Shown here piece by piece: positions 20,187 to 30,394 of a stretch of 64,000 nt of DNA. Position 1 is the first letter of the stretch, and each line of letters begins with the position of its first letter. Source of the stretch: Verrucomicrobiia bacterium (lineage in GTDB: Bacteria > Verrucomicrobiota > Verrucomicrobiia > Chthoniobacterales > UBA6821); the NCBI GenBank assembly GCA_040380225.1, contig JBEIJN010000005.1, positions 4,563-68,562 on the forward strand, written 5' to 3'. The position numbers and the translations under genes are program-made. Under the pieces are notes generated by a model. The model worked only from the letters and a program-made list of their open reading frames with translations. It was not told the DNA's origin and ran no database searches.

Positions 20187-20230
20187 CCCCTAACAGCCTA
20201 ACAGCCTAACAGCCTTCAGCCTAAACCCCT
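20187..20230. repeat. family-T array: cccc-(taacagcc)x3-ttcagcctaaacccct
   Basis: Read directly. The same element with a single unit occurs at 63903..63930. Confidence 0.8.
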
Positions 20231-21218
20231 ACGCATCTCCCAGATGCTTCCCCGGGACGAGGTAGTTGCGGACGTAGTCGCCGACGGCTTCCTCAAGCGT
20301 CGTGGCGGGAGTCGTCCAGCCGGCGGCGCGGAGACGACTGACATCGGCGCAGGTGTGGTACTGGTACTGGTTCCGGATGTGGTCCGGCATGTCGATGAAT
20401 TCGATCTCCGGCTTCCGATCGAGCGCGGTGAAGAGAGCCGTCGCCAGATCGATCCAGCTGCGTGGGGTGCCGGTGCCGATATTGAAGAGGCCGTTGGCTG
20501 ACGGTGTATCGGCGAGGTGGAGGGTCATGGCGACCGCATCCTTCACGTAGACGAAGTCGCGAACCTGCTCGCCGTCGCGGTAATCGGGGCGGTGACTCTT
20601 GAAGAGGCGGACCTTGCCGGTCTCGAGAATCTGCTCGTAGGCCTTGGAGACGAGACTGCGCATCTCTCCCTTGTGCCCTTCGTTCGGCCCGAAGACGTTG
20701 AAGTATTTGATGCCGACCATCCGGTCGAGCCATCCGTTGCGCTTCGCATGGAGGTCGAAGAGGTGCTTCGAGTAGCCGTAGGCATTCAGCGGGCGGAAGG
20801 ACTCGAGCTGATCCGACCCGTCGTCCATGCCGCGCGTCCCGTCGCCATAGGTGGCGGCGGAGCTGGCGTAGACGAAGCGGATGCCGCGCTGCAGCGCCCA
20901 CTGGGCGAGGCGCTTGGTGTAGCCGAAATTGTTCTCCATGAGGTATCCGGCGTCGGTCTCGGTCGTCGCGGAGCAGGCGCCGAGGTGGAAGATGGTGCGG
21001 ATCGAGTCGAGGCTCTCCGGCTCGCACTCAAGCCGGTCGAGGAAGGCATCGGCCTGCTGGTAGTCGGCGAATCGGAGTGGGGAGAGATTTTTCCACTTCG
21101 CATCCTTGCCCAGCACGTCGGTCACGAGGATGTCCTCCTGACCGCGCTGGTTCAGGGCATGGATGAGGGCGCTGCCGATCAGGCCGGCGCCGCCGGTGAC
21201 AAGGATGGATGGGGACAT
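20229..21218 (-). CDS. hldD: ADP-glyceromanno-heptose 6-epimerase (NAD-dependent epimerase)
   Basis: 329 aa. VTGGAGLIGS Rossmann motif, YGYSK catalytic motif, HldD/RfaD-like length and C-terminus. Confidence 0.8.
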   Translation of the reverse strand: MSPSILVTGGAGLIGSALIHALNQRGQEDILVTDVLGKDAKWKNLSPLRFADYQQADAFLDRLECEPESLDSIRTIFHLGACSATTETDAGYLMENNFGYTKRLAQWALQRGIRFVYASSAATYGDGTRGMDDGSDQLESFRPLNAYGYSKHLFDLHAKRNGWLDRMVGIKYFNVFGPNEGHKGEMRSLVSKAYEQILETGKVRLFKSHRPDYRDGEQVRDFVYVKDAVAMTLHLADTPSANGLFNIGTGTPRSWIDLATALFTALDRKPEIEFIDMPDHIRNQYQYHTCADVSRLRAAGWTTPATTLEEAVGDYVRNYLVPGKHLGDA

Positions 21219-21226
21219 GGGGTGGG

Positions 21227-21925
21227 CTATTTTTTTGCTGTGGCGAGGCCGCTCTCGTCGAGCTCCTCCTTGAAAATCGCGATCTGGTCTCCGAACACGC
21301 TCCGGGCCACATCGATGTACTTCACGGCTTCACGCGGCTGACCCTCCTTGTAGGCACGCGCGGCAGCCGCGAAGTACCAGGCAGGCGTGTTGGAAGTGAT
21401 GCCCGGCGGAAAGAGCCGGCCCTGAAGGGCGGGATCGGAGTCCCGCATCAGCAGGAGCAGGAGCAGCTTGAACTGGACCAATTCGTTGTTGGGCTGCGCG
21501 CGGAGAAGATCCTTGTAATAGGCGATGGCCGGCTCCCATTGCTGCCGCAGGGCCATCAGCGCTCCGATATTGTAACGTGCCGCAAAAAATCCTGGCGTCG
21601 ATTTCAATGCCGCCTCGTAAGAGGCAAGGGCGCCATCGTAATCCTTCGTCTTGGTGAGGATCGCTCCCTTGAGATTGAGGACGAGCGGATCGTCGGGGCG
21701 GCTTTGGAGGGCGGGTTGAAGGAGGACCAGTGCGCGGGCGTAGTCTTTCCGGTCCATGGCGGTGGCTGCCTGCTTGAGGGAGGCGTCGGCATCAAGCGCA
21801 CCCCCTCCGGAGGGCTCACGTTTGCCGCACGCGGGAAGCATGAGGATCAGCGCCGCCAGAATTGGCGCCGTGCAACGAAAAGACTTGGGAAGAGAACCCG
21901 TCATGAACAACGATGCACCGAGCAT
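21227..21925 (-). CDS. TPR-repeat lipoprotein
   Basis: The internal Met gives MLGASLFMTGSLPKSFRCTAPILAALILMLPAC, a lipobox. Several TPR-like repeats follow. The start is uncertain (21904 or 21925). Confidence 0.55.
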   Translation of the reverse strand: MLGASLFMTGSLPKSFRCTAPILAALILMLPACGKREPSGGGALDADASLKQAATAMDRKDYARALVLLQPALQSRPDDPLVLNLKGAILTKTKDYDGALASYEAALKSTPGFFAARYNIGALMALRQQWEPAIAYYKDLLRAQPNNELVQFKLLLLLLMRDSDPALQGRLFPPGITSNTPAWYFAAAARAYKEGQPREAVKYIDVARSVFGDQIAIFKEELDESGLATAKK

Positions 21926-21986
21926 GGAGATCCTCCTTCCATCTTTGCAACAACATCTTGGCCGGGCACGCGCGGGATTTCTCCGC

Positions 21987-22694
21987 ATGATCCTGCCTCC
22001 GCTTCTCGCGGCGGCGATGTGCGCCCACTCCTCGGGTGGCCAGCAATCCTTCGCCGTGGCGCTCCCGGAACTGGAGGGGCCGGTGACGATGGAGATCTTT
22101 TCCTCCTCGGGCGAGCGGGTGCGGCTTCTCCACAGGGACGCCGGGGTCGACACGATCCCGGCGGGACTCAACGGCCTGATCATGTCGTGGGATGGGAAGG
22201 ATGATCAGGGGCGCGACGTGCCCGCCGGCACCTACAGGGCACGGGGTCTGGTGCACGGCCCGCTCAGTGTGACGGCACTGCCGGTCGGGAATTCGCTCCC
22301 GATCGCCGCTGCATGCCGGGAGGAGGCCGACATGTTCCCTTTGCGGCCACCTTTTTCCAAAAACAGGATCACGATCCGCGCGGCAAAGGATGAGTTGCTG
22401 GAAAGCCGGCCGTTGCTCTCGATCGAGGCGGGCATCGAAGGCGATGCCTGCGTGATCCGCGCCGATGGGCTGCCGCTTCTCTCCATTCCCATGGAGTCCA
22501 CCGGGAACGTCTCGCCGGGCATCACCCACGGAGCCGTTCCGGGATCTGCCCTGCTCACGATGGAGGGACCGAAGGGTTCCTCCACCCACACGATCACGGG
22601 CCTGGATCGTCTGGTTCCGCTGAATGCCGGCGCGCTGGAAATTCCAGCCGATGCTTTTCATCCGCTGCCGGGTGCAGGAGAATCCGCGCCGTGA
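21987..22694 (+). CDS. secreted protein with FlgD-Ig-like domain
   Basis: Signal-like MILPPLLAAAMCAHS. The segment MEIFSSSGERVRLL...WDGKDDQGRDVPAGTYRARG is typical of the FlgD Ig-like fold. The start is uncertain. Confidence 0.5.
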   Translation: MILPPLLAAAMCAHSSGGQQSFAVALPELEGPVTMEIFSSSGERVRLLHRDAGVDTIPAGLNGLIMSWDGKDDQGRDVPAGTYRARGLVHGPLSVTALPVGNSLPIAAACREEADMFPLRPPFSKNRITIRAAKDELLESRPLLSIEAGIEGDACVIRADGLPLLSIPMESTGNVSPGITHGAVPGSALLTMEGPKGSSTHTITGLDRLVPLNAGALEIPADAFHPLPGAGESAP

Positions 22695-23287
22695 TTCTCC
22701 CAGGCGCTCCCAAGCATGCCCCGCGACATGTCGTTGCCGGCATCGCCATGGCCTGTGCCCTGCTGCTCGCCTTGCCCTGCCACGCGGAGCAGCCTTCCGC
22801 GCAGGGAATCAAAGTTCCCTACGCGCTGGCTTGGGGTGACAGCATCGACAAGGTCCGCGAGATGCTCAACGCGGTGAAGGCTCGCGAAACCGCCCTCTCC
22901 CAGAAATCCCCCGGCAAGTTCGTGCTCGAGGCGGAGGGGCTCGGCGTGGGGGATCAACTGCTCAAGAAATCCCTCTTCACCTTCCGGGATGGTTCGCTCG
23001 TCGAGGTGGAGCTCCAATACGGCGATCCCTCCTGGGACGGGGAGAAGACGTTGGATTTCTTCGATCGAACCAGACGCCGCATCGGCGAGCGGTACGGCAC
23101 CGGATCGCTGATCGTCAACAAGGTCAGGGAGCGCCCCTCGGGGGAGAAAGTGCCGCAGGACGTGACCTACACGCTGATCATTTACCAATGGACCCAGCCC
23201 ACGGCATCGCTGGAACTCGACTACTACGGCGTGGAGGGGGTCGAGCAGGCCCTGCGTCTGGTAAGCCTGCATTATAAAGCGCCGTAG
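22691..23287 (+). CDS. hypothetical secreted protein
   Basis: 198 aa with signal peptide IAMACALLLALPCHA. No family recognised. Confidence 0.5.
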   Translation: MILPGAPKHAPRHVVAGIAMACALLLALPCHAEQPSAQGIKVPYALAWGDSIDKVREMLNAVKARETALSQKSPGKFVLEAEGLGVGDQLLKKSLFTFRDGSLVEVELQYGDPSWDGEKTLDFFDRTRRRIGERYGTGSLIVNKVRERPSGEKVPQDVTYTLIIYQWTQPTASLELDYYGVEGVEQALRLVSLHYKAP

Positions 23288-23291
23288 GCCA

Positions 23292-23389
23292 CGTCGAGAG
23301 TCGACAGACGAGCGTCGAGAGCTTTTTGTGAGTATAGGCCTCGGGCTTTTGCCTTTTCTGAAGCCCTCGACCCTCGTCTCTCGACTCGG
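23292..23389. repeat. foldback element with stuttered arms (word GTCGAGAG/CTCGAC)
   Basis: cgtcgagagtcgacagacgagcgtcgagagc pairs with gccctcgaccctcgtctctcgactcgg, forming a ~26-bp imperfect stem. It sits between convergent genes. Confidence 0.7.
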
Positions 23390-23393
23390 GCCT

Positions 23394-25403
23394 CTACAGC
23401 ACTTCCACCGGGCACTCTGGCAAAGCCTTGAGGAAGGCCTTGCCGTAGGGCCGCGAAAGAATGCGGCTGTCTAGGATCACGATGGAGCCTCGATCCTTGG
23501 AGCTTCGGATGAGGCGGCCCACACCCTGGCGCAGTTTCAGGATCGCCTCGGGCAATGAATAAGTCTGAAAGGGATCGCCTCCCGCGGACTCGATCTCCTC
23601 CAACTTCGCCTCGGTGAGGGGATGGTCGGGGGTCACGAACGGCAGGCGCGTGATGATGACGCTGGAGAGAGCCTCGCCAGGCAAGTCGACCCCGGTCCAG
23701 AAGCTGTCGGTCCCGAACAATACGCTCTCCCCGTCCTCGCGAAAGCTTTCCAGCATGCGCGAACGCGATAGTCCCCCGCCCTGCACGATGAGGTTCCAAC
23801 CCTTCTCCTCGAAGAAGCCCGTCATCCTCGCCGCCACCGACTGCATGGTGCGGTGGCTGGTAAAGAGGACAAAGGCCCGTGCGCGACTCTCCTCCGTGAA
23901 GTGGCTAATCCATTTCGCAAGCGCCTCCTCGTAAGCCGAATCCTTCGGCTCAGGCATCTTGCGGACGAGACGGATCTTCATCTGCCGTGCGTAATCGAAG
24001 GGGGAGCCGAGCTGCAGCGAGGGGACCTCAAGCGCACCCACCCGGCCACGGAAATAATCGAGCTCCGCAGAGCCGACCGAGAGGGTCGCGCTGGTCATGA
24101 CGGCGGTGCTGCCTTCGCCGAAGAGAAGGCGTCCCAGCAGCGGCGCGACCGCGACCGGTGCCGCATGGAGACTGGTCCAGGTGGAAGCCTTGCCGCTCCG
24201 CTCGACCCAGTAGACGTGATCCGGTTCGCTCTGGGAGAGAAAATCGGAAAGCCCCGCTCGCGCCGTGCGGAGGCGGGAGGCGACATCGTTGAGCTCACCC
24301 TGCAGTCCCTCCTCCTCGGCTTTTGCCGCTGCGGTTCCGGCCGATTCGGCAAGGCTCGCCAATCCCTCCGCGAGCGGACTCTCCGCCACGGCCTCCGCGA
24401 GATCCGCCGACTGGTCGGCGCGGATGCGGCTTTCACGCCCCTGACGGAAGGTGCAGGCGCCGGCCAGCTTGTCGAAGAAGCGGTCGACCTCCGGAATGAG
24501 ATCCGATGCCGCGGAAATCCCCCCGTTCTGCCGCGCCTGCTGGAGCAGCCCCTTGCGGGTGCGTGGGTTGTAGAGCCGCTGGATGGACTGGCGCAGGCTG
24601 TATTGGGAGAGGTTGAAGCCGAGGTGACGGGAAGCGACCTGCTCGACGGTGTGGGCCTCGTCAAAGATCACGAAATCATCGGGGAAAAGGTAGCCGAGCC
24701 CCTCCTCCTCGGGATCTCCCAGCAGGGTGAAGAAGAGCGTGTGATTGAGAACCAGAATCTGGGCCGTCTGGGCGCGTCGCCGGGCGGACTGGTAGAAGCA
24801 GCCCGAGTCGCGGCCGCAGGTCTTCGGCGTGCAGAGGTGCTGCTCGCTGCAGACCTGCATCCAGAGTTCGCGCGGTGGCTCGAAGGGGAGATCGCTCAGC
24901 GAGCCGTCCGTGGTGGTTGCGGCCCACTCCCGGATCCTCTCCAGTTCCGGCCGCTCCTCGGCGGTGAAGAGGTCGGCCCCGTGTCGGTGCGCGCGGGCGA
25001 GACGCGTGGGGCAGACATAATTCTGGCGCCCCTTCAGGAGGACCGCCTCGAAGTCCTCTCCGGTCAGCCCCTTCACCAAGGGGATGTCCTTGTAGAGGAG
25101 CTGCTCCTGAAGATTGATCGTGTGCGTGCTGACGAGAGCCTTTCGTCCCGTCCGCTTGGCATGAAGCACGGCGGGGAGCAGGTAGGCCAGCGACTTGCCG
25201 ACACCGGTTCCCGCCTCCACGACCAGATGGGAGCGGCCGGCTAATGCTCCGGCCACCGCCCCGGCCATGCGCTGCTGCTCGGGGCGCCACTCGAATCCGC
25301 GGATCGCGGCAAGGCTTCCCTTCGGGCCGAAGAGCGCGGCCACTTCCGCCGCGAAGCCGGCGCTGCCGCCCCCGGCGGGAAACTGCTCATTGATGGAAAT
25401 CAT
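23394..25403 (-). CDS. dinG: ATP-dependent DNA helicase, DinG/Rad3-like
   Basis: 669 aa. EAGTGVGKSLAYLLP Walker A, DEAH box (IFDEAHT), C-terminal helicase motifs. Confidence 0.85.
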   Translation of the reverse strand: MISINEQFPAGGGSAGFAAEVAALFGPKGSLAAIRGFEWRPEQQRMAGAVAGALAGRSHLVVEAGTGVGKSLAYLLPAVLHAKRTGRKALVSTHTINLQEQLLYKDIPLVKGLTGEDFEAVLLKGRQNYVCPTRLARAHRHGADLFTAEERPELERIREWAATTTDGSLSDLPFEPPRELWMQVCSEQHLCTPKTCGRDSGCFYQSARRRAQTAQILVLNHTLFFTLLGDPEEEGLGYLFPDDFVIFDEAHTVEQVASRHLGFNLSQYSLRQSIQRLYNPRTRKGLLQQARQNGGISAASDLIPEVDRFFDKLAGACTFRQGRESRIRADQSADLAEAVAESPLAEGLASLAESAGTAAAKAEEEGLQGELNDVASRLRTARAGLSDFLSQSEPDHVYWVERSGKASTWTSLHAAPVAVAPLLGRLLFGEGSTAVMTSATLSVGSAELDYFRGRVGALEVPSLQLGSPFDYARQMKIRLVRKMPEPKDSAYEEALAKWISHFTEESRARAFVLFTSHRTMQSVAARMTGFFEEKGWNLIVQGGGLSRSRMLESFREDGESVLFGTDSFWTGVDLPGEALSSVIITRLPFVTPDHPLTEAKLEEIESAGGDPFQTYSLPEAILKLRQGVGRLIRSSKDRGSIVILDSRILSRPYGKAFLKALPECPVEVL

Positions 25404-25511
25404 GGGTGGGAATTCGACGCGGCGGCGGAAGAGGGTGATTGCGATTGCAGAAGGCGGGGCGGGAGGATCAGAATCGGGTGCTTTCCGGCCTCCTGCAACG
25501 GGTTTCTGCCG

Positions 25512-26648
25512 GTGATCTCCATGACCCTTCTCGACCGGTATCTCCTCAACAAGTTCCTAGTGCCCTTTTTCTATGCGGCCACCGGGTTCATCTCCGTCTG
25601 GTTGGTCTGGGATCTGAGCGTGAACCTCCCGGACTTTCTTTCCGGCCATGCAAGCTTCGGTCTGATCCTACGGTTTTACCTCCTCCAGATCCCGAGCGTC
25701 ATCGTCCTCTGCGTCCCCGTGGCCCTGCTGCTGGCGCTGCTCTACACGCTGACCCAGATGTCGCGCAGAAACGAGATCATCTCGATGCTCTGCGCTGGGA
25801 GGAGTCTCTACAGGATGTTCGTACCACTGGTCGCGGTGGGTCTCATTGCGACCGGCGTCCTTTCCCTGCTCAACCATCGCTTGGCGCCTCAGGCCGGGGC
25901 GGTGCGCGACGAGCTGAAGGAGGAGATCAGGTCGGGTATCCACAAATATGTCGGTCAGCACAATCATGTCTACCGCAACAGGGAGAAGCTACGCCTGTGG
26001 TTCATTACAGATCTGAATACAGATGCTAACAGGGCCAAGAGGTTGGAGATCATCCAGCAGAACGAATCGGGCGTCGTCACCGAGAAGTGGTACTCGCTCC
26101 ATGCATCATATGTTCCCGAGACGGCGACCTGGATCCTCGAGCAGGCGCGCCATGTGACCGTGGATGAATCAGGGAACATGGTCACCTCCGAGAGTTCTCC
26201 CCGCCTCGAGATCCGCGGCTGGAACGAAACCCCGTGGAAAATCGCCAGCTCCAGCATGAACTCCGAGTTCCTCGGCCTTCCGGAACTCAGCGACTACCTC
26301 CGCTACAACGCCGAGTTTCCCCACACGCGTCTCGCCCCCTATGTCACCCACTGGAACTACCGCTGGGCGCTTCCCTGGGTCTGCCTCGTGGTGATTTTCA
26401 TCGCCGGCCCGATGGGTGTGGTGAGCGGACGACGCGGCATCATGGGAGGGGTGGCCGGGGCGATCGGACTCTTTGCCGGGCTGATCTTCTCGAGCAGCCT
26501 GTTCATCGCCCTGGGCAAGGGGGACCGCATTCCCGGTTGGATAGCCGCCTGGGGGCCGATCATCATCTTCCTGAGCATAGGGTTCTGGCTCTTCTGGATC
26601 CGGGCCACCGGACGTGAGATTCCGAAGTTCCGGTTGCCGGGATTCTGA
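25512..26648 (+). CDS. LptF/LptG-family permease (YjgP/YjgQ)
   Basis: 378 aa. MTLLDRYLLNKFLVPF start, six TM helices with a large periplasmic loop. Confidence 0.8.
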   Translation: MISMTLLDRYLLNKFLVPFFYAATGFISVWLVWDLSVNLPDFLSGHASFGLILRFYLLQIPSVIVLCVPVALLLALLYTLTQMSRRNEIISMLCAGRSLYRMFVPLVAVGLIATGVLSLLNHRLAPQAGAVRDELKEEIRSGIHKYVGQHNHVYRNREKLRLWFITDLNTDANRAKRLEIIQQNESGVVTEKWYSLHASYVPETATWILEQARHVTVDESGNMVTSESSPRLEIRGWNETPWKIASSSMNSEFLGLPELSDYLRYNAEFPHTRLAPYVTHWNYRWALPWVCLVVIFIAGPMGVVSGRRGIMGGVAGAIGLFAGLIFSSSLFIALGKGDRIPGWIAAWGPIIIFLSIGFWLFWIRATGREIPKFRLPGF

Positions 26649-26679
26649 GGCTGACCTACCTTCATCACGATTTTTCTTT

Positions 26680-27270
26680 ATGCAGCAGGACTGGAACATC
26701 AGATCGCGGGCCGAGGCCTGCGATGCCACGGGAAAGGAATTCGCCGAGGGTGAGACCTTCCACACGGCACTCTACCGTGAGGGGGACGGATTCCTCAGGA
26801 GGGATCTCTGCGAGGAGGCGTGGGCTTCCTTGGCGGCTGACCCCCAGCAGCAGCCCCCCTTCTCCTCATGGCGTTCGAAATTCGAACCGCCGACACCCCC
26901 GCCCCCCGAACCGCTTCCGCGCGACGATGCCGAGGGCATGCTGCGACGCCTCCTCGAGAGCAACGATCCCGCCCACACGAACACACGCTACCTTCTCGCC
27001 GTGATGCTGGAGCGCAAGCGCATCCTGCGCCCGCAACCCTCCGCGGACAAAGGCATCCTCGTTTACGAGCGCGCCGGAACCGGCGAGACCTTCCTCATCG
27101 CCGATCCGAACCTCTCGCTCTCCGACCTCGCCCGGGTGCAGGAAGAAGTCACGGCCCTCCTCACCGGACTCTCCTCACCGGCAGAACCACCGCAGGGTGA
27201 GACCACGGAGCCGGCGGAAGTGTCCGCTGCCGCCGAGCCCGCTACGGAGGCTTCCTCCGAGGCCCCCTGA
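26680..27270 (+). CDS. hypothetical protein
   Basis: Start at MQQDWNIRSRAEACDATG within ORF 26614..27270. Pro-rich middle region. No family recognised. Confidence 0.5.
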   Translation: MQQDWNIRSRAEACDATGKEFAEGETFHTALYREGDGFLRRDLCEEAWASLAADPQQQPPFSSWRSKFEPPTPPPPEPLPRDDAEGMLRRLLESNDPAHTNTRYLLAVMLERKRILRPQPSADKGILVYERAGTGETFLIADPNLSLSDLARVQEEVTALLTGLSSPAEPPQGETTEPAEVSAAAEPATEASSEAP

Positions 27271-27284
27271 TAACCCCACGGGTC

Positions 27285-28313
27285 ATGGTGAAGGGGAGCC
27301 TGCCGCTCTTCCTGGCCCCGATGGCCGGGGTGACCAACTCGATTTTCCGGACCATTTGCAAGGAAAAGGGGGCGGATGTCCTGACCACCGAGTTCGTCTC
27401 GGCAGACGGAATCATGCACCGGAATGCAAGGACCCGCGGTTATCTGGAATTCACCGAGGCGGAACGACCCATGGGCGTCCAGCTCTTCGGGGCTGACCCG
27501 GAACGCCTGTCAGAGGCAGCGAAGCAGGTGCGCGACTGGGTGCATCCCGACTTCATCGACATCAACTTCGGCTGCCCGGCCAACAAGGTGGTCTGCAGGA
27601 ACGGGGGATCATCGCTCCTGCGCGACTGCCCGCTGCTGGAGCGTGTCGCGGAGGCCGTGGTGCGGGCCTGCGATCCGCTTCCTGTGACCGCCAAGATCCG
27701 CATCGGCTGGGATGAGCGCTCCGTCAACGCCGTCACCACGGCCCGCCTGCTCGAGGGAGCAGGCATCCGCCGAATCGCCGTCCACGGTCGCACGCGCGCC
27801 CAAGGCTACTCGGGATACGCCGACTGGGATGTGATCGCCGCCGTGGCCGCCGCCGTGCGAGTCCCCGTCATCGGCAACGGCGACATCACCGACGCCGCCA
27901 CGGCGCTCAGGCGTCTCGGGAGCGGGGTCTCCGGCCTCATGATCGGCCGTGCCGCCATGGCGAATCCCTGGATCTTCACCGAGGTGAAACATGCCTTCGA
28001 GGAAAAACCTTTCGTCGCGCCGACCCTCTCGGAACGCTGGAACCTTGTCCTCCGCCACTGCCGCGAAGAGGTGGGCGTGCGCGGGGAGACACACGGCATG
28101 CACGGAATGCGCGGGCGTCTGATGGCCTACACGCGCGGCATGCCGGGCGCCCGGCCGCTGCGCGCCTCCCTCTCCAAGGTCGCCACCCTCACGCAGCTTG
28201 AGGAGATCATCGGTGACCACCTCGATTCACTCGGTTCACTCGACCCACTCGACACCGTTCATGGGGGAGAGCCCGAAGAAGCCTCCTTCGCTTCCATCGA
28301 AAAACGATCCTGA
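27285..28313 (+). CDS. dusB: tRNA-dihydrouridine synthase
   Basis: LAPMAGVTNSIFR, INFGCPANKV and HGRTRAQGYSG motifs. Confidence 0.9.
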   Translation: MVKGSLPLFLAPMAGVTNSIFRTICKEKGADVLTTEFVSADGIMHRNARTRGYLEFTEAERPMGVQLFGADPERLSEAAKQVRDWVHPDFIDINFGCPANKVVCRNGGSSLLRDCPLLERVAEAVVRACDPLPVTAKIRIGWDERSVNAVTTARLLEGAGIRRIAVHGRTRAQGYSGYADWDVIAAVAAAVRVPVIGNGDITDAATALRRLGSGVSGLMIGRAAMANPWIFTEVKHAFEEKPFVAPTLSERWNLVLRHCREEVGVRGETHGMHGMRGRLMAYTRGMPGARPLRASLSKVATLTQLEEIIGDHLDSLGSLDPLDTVHGGEPEEASFASIEKRS

Positions 28314-28324
28314 TACCGGGTTCC

Positions 28325-29614
28325 CTAGACTCCGAGGGGAAGCAGGATGGTGAAGGTCGATCCCTCTCCCGGACTGCTCACCAGCGTCACTCGCCCGCCG
28401 TGGGCCTGAACGACGTTCTTCACGATCGAGAGCCCCAGACCCGTGCCGCCTGTCTGACGCGCGCGGTCGCCGCCAACCCGGTAGAATCTCTCGAAGAGAT
28501 GCTCCTGATCGGCCAGCGGAATGCCGGGCCCGTTGTCGCGGAAGCTGACCATCACCTCGACGCCGTGAAGCGCGGCGGCCACGACCACTTCCCCGGGTGA
28601 TCCGTCAGGTCGGGGATTGCCGTGGCGGAGCGCGTTGACCAGAAGGTTGGAGAAGGCCTGCTCGATGCGGTAGGGATCGACCGCCACCTCGGGGAGCCCT
28701 GCGGCGATCTCCAGCTTTACGGTGACCTCGCGCTCGCTGCTCTCACGCTCCAGCTGCTCGATCACGCCGCGGAGGAGCGGCTCCAGGGAAGTCCGGCGGG
28801 TCTCGAGACGGACTCCTTTCTCCTCCATCCGGCTGATGGTGAGGAGATCCTCGATGAGGCTGTTGAGCCGGTCGGCATGCCGTCGCATGACGGAGATCGA
28901 CTTCTGCATCATCTTCCGATCGACATCCTCTTCACCGAGGGTTTCCAGATAGCCGTTGATGATGGAGAGGGGTGTGCGGAATTCGTGCGAGACATTCGCC
29001 ACGAACTCCCGGCGGACGGCCTCCAGCTCGCGGAGTCTCGTGACATCGTGAAAAACCAGCAGGAATCCGTCCGGCATTTGCTTCTCGGGTGACTGGAGCG
29101 CCGCGGCCGTCACGAGCAGATGGCGCCGCTCGCTCCTGCCCGGAATCACGAAATCGAGTTCGCCTCGCTGCACCTGGCCGGTTTGTGCCACGCGCTTCGC
29201 CACTCCCTGGAGTTCATGGCTCATGAAGACCTCGGGGAGCAGGAGGCCGGATACCCGGACGCCCAGATCAAACATGGAGACGGCCGCCTTGTTCACCTGG
29301 CGGATCCGGAGGTCGGCACCCGTGATGACCACGCCCTCGGTCATGCTTTCCAAGATTGTGGTGATGCTGAATTCCTCTTCGGCAAGCATCACCTTCTGTT
29401 TGGCCAGCGTCTCGGCGGTCACCCTCAGGGCGTCAGCCGCCCCGCGATAGAAAAACGGCATCTCACCCAGGATGACGGGCCTGAAATCCCCGCGCGCGAT
29501 CCTTTGCAGAACGGCCAGAAGCTCGCGTGCGGGCTGCACCACGACGACGGCCGCCCACCAGAGCACCGCCGCGGCAAGCAGCAGGAAGAACCCGGTTTTC
29601 GCGATCTCCTCCAT
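28325..29614 (-). CDS. sensor histidine kinase (HAMP-PAS-HisKA-HATPase; PhoR-like)
   Basis: H-box NVSHEFRTPL, N-box LLVNALRH, G-boxes DNGPGI and GTGLGLSIV. Confidence 0.85.
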   Translation of the reverse strand: MEEIAKTGFFLLLAAAVLWWAAVVVVQPARELLAVLQRIARGDFRPVILGEMPFFYRGAADALRVTAETLAKQKVMLAEEEFSITTILESMTEGVVITGADLRIRQVNKAAVSMFDLGVRVSGLLLPEVFMSHELQGVAKRVAQTGQVQRGELDFVIPGRSERRHLLVTAAALQSPEKQMPDGFLLVFHDVTRLRELEAVRREFVANVSHEFRTPLSIINGYLETLGEEDVDRKMMQKSISVMRRHADRLNSLIEDLLTISRMEEKGVRLETRRTSLEPLLRGVIEQLERESSEREVTVKLEIAAGLPEVAVDPYRIEQAFSNLLVNALRHGNPRPDGSPGEVVVAAALHGVEVMVSFRDNGPGIPLADQEHLFERFYRVGGDRARQTGGTGLGLSIVKNVVQAHGGRVTLVSSPGEGSTFTILLPLGV

Positions 29615-30300
29615 CAGGCCGAAGGAACGATGAAGCGATATCCCTCGCCTCGCACCGTCTCGAGGCAGGCGGCGTGGTCGGCGAGTTTTTCGCGCAGGCG
29701 GCGCATGTGCGTGTCGACCGTGCGGGTGTCGACCGTGCTTTTGTAACCCCAGACCTCCGTCAGAAGATCCTCACGCGACTGGATGACGCCCGCCTTCCCG
29801 ATCAGCAGGGAGAGCAGCTTGAACTCCGTCGAGGTCAGGTCGAGCCGCTTGCCCTCCATGGTCACCTTCAGCGTGGTGCGATCTAGGACGAACGGCCCCG
29901 CGGAGGAGTCATCCGCGACGGCTGGCGGCGTACTCCGCCTCAGGAGAGACTGGATTCGGAGCACCAGTTCGCGCGGACTGAAGGGCTTTGGAAGGTAGTC
30001 GTCGGCTCCAAGCTCCAGCCCCTTGATCCTACTCTCGGACTCCCCCTTGGCGCTGAGGATCAGCAGCGGGATGGAGCGGGTGCTTTCCTCGGAACGCAGG
30101 CGCTTGGCCACCTCGAAGCCGTTGAGCCGCGGCAGCATGATGTCGAGCACGATGGCATCGGGGCGCTCGGTGCCGGCGAGTTCGAGCCCCTCCGCGCCGT
30201 CCTCAGCCGCGATCACGCGGAATTTCGCTTTCTTGAGATGATAACGGATCAGATCCGTCACATCCTCCTCGTCCTCAATCACCAGGATGGTTTCAGGCAT
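29614..30300 (-). CDS. OmpR/PhoB-family response regulator
   Basis: REC domain (DDEEDV..., D53-like LDIMLP, K in LPKPF) plus a winged-helix C-terminus (VDTHMRRLREKL, GEGYRF). Its stop overlaps the start of the kinase gene. Confidence 0.9.
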   Translation of the reverse strand: MPETILVIEDEEDVTDLIRYHLKKAKFRVIAAEDGAEGLELAGTERPDAIVLDIMLPRLNGFEVAKRLRSEESTRSIPLLILSAKGESESRIKGLELGADDYLPKPFSPRELVLRIQSLLRRSTPPAVADDSSAGPFVLDRTTLKVTMEGKRLDLTSTEFKLLSLLIGKAGVIQSREDLLTEVWGYKSTVDTRTVDTHMRRLREKLADHAACLETVRGEGYRFIVPSA

Positions 30301-30394
30301 GATGCGTGCATGGGTTGTTATGAGAAACCATTGCAGAAGGAGCTATCCGAGCCCCGACGGCGAGGCAAGCGCCGCTTTGGAACAGTTTCGGCAC

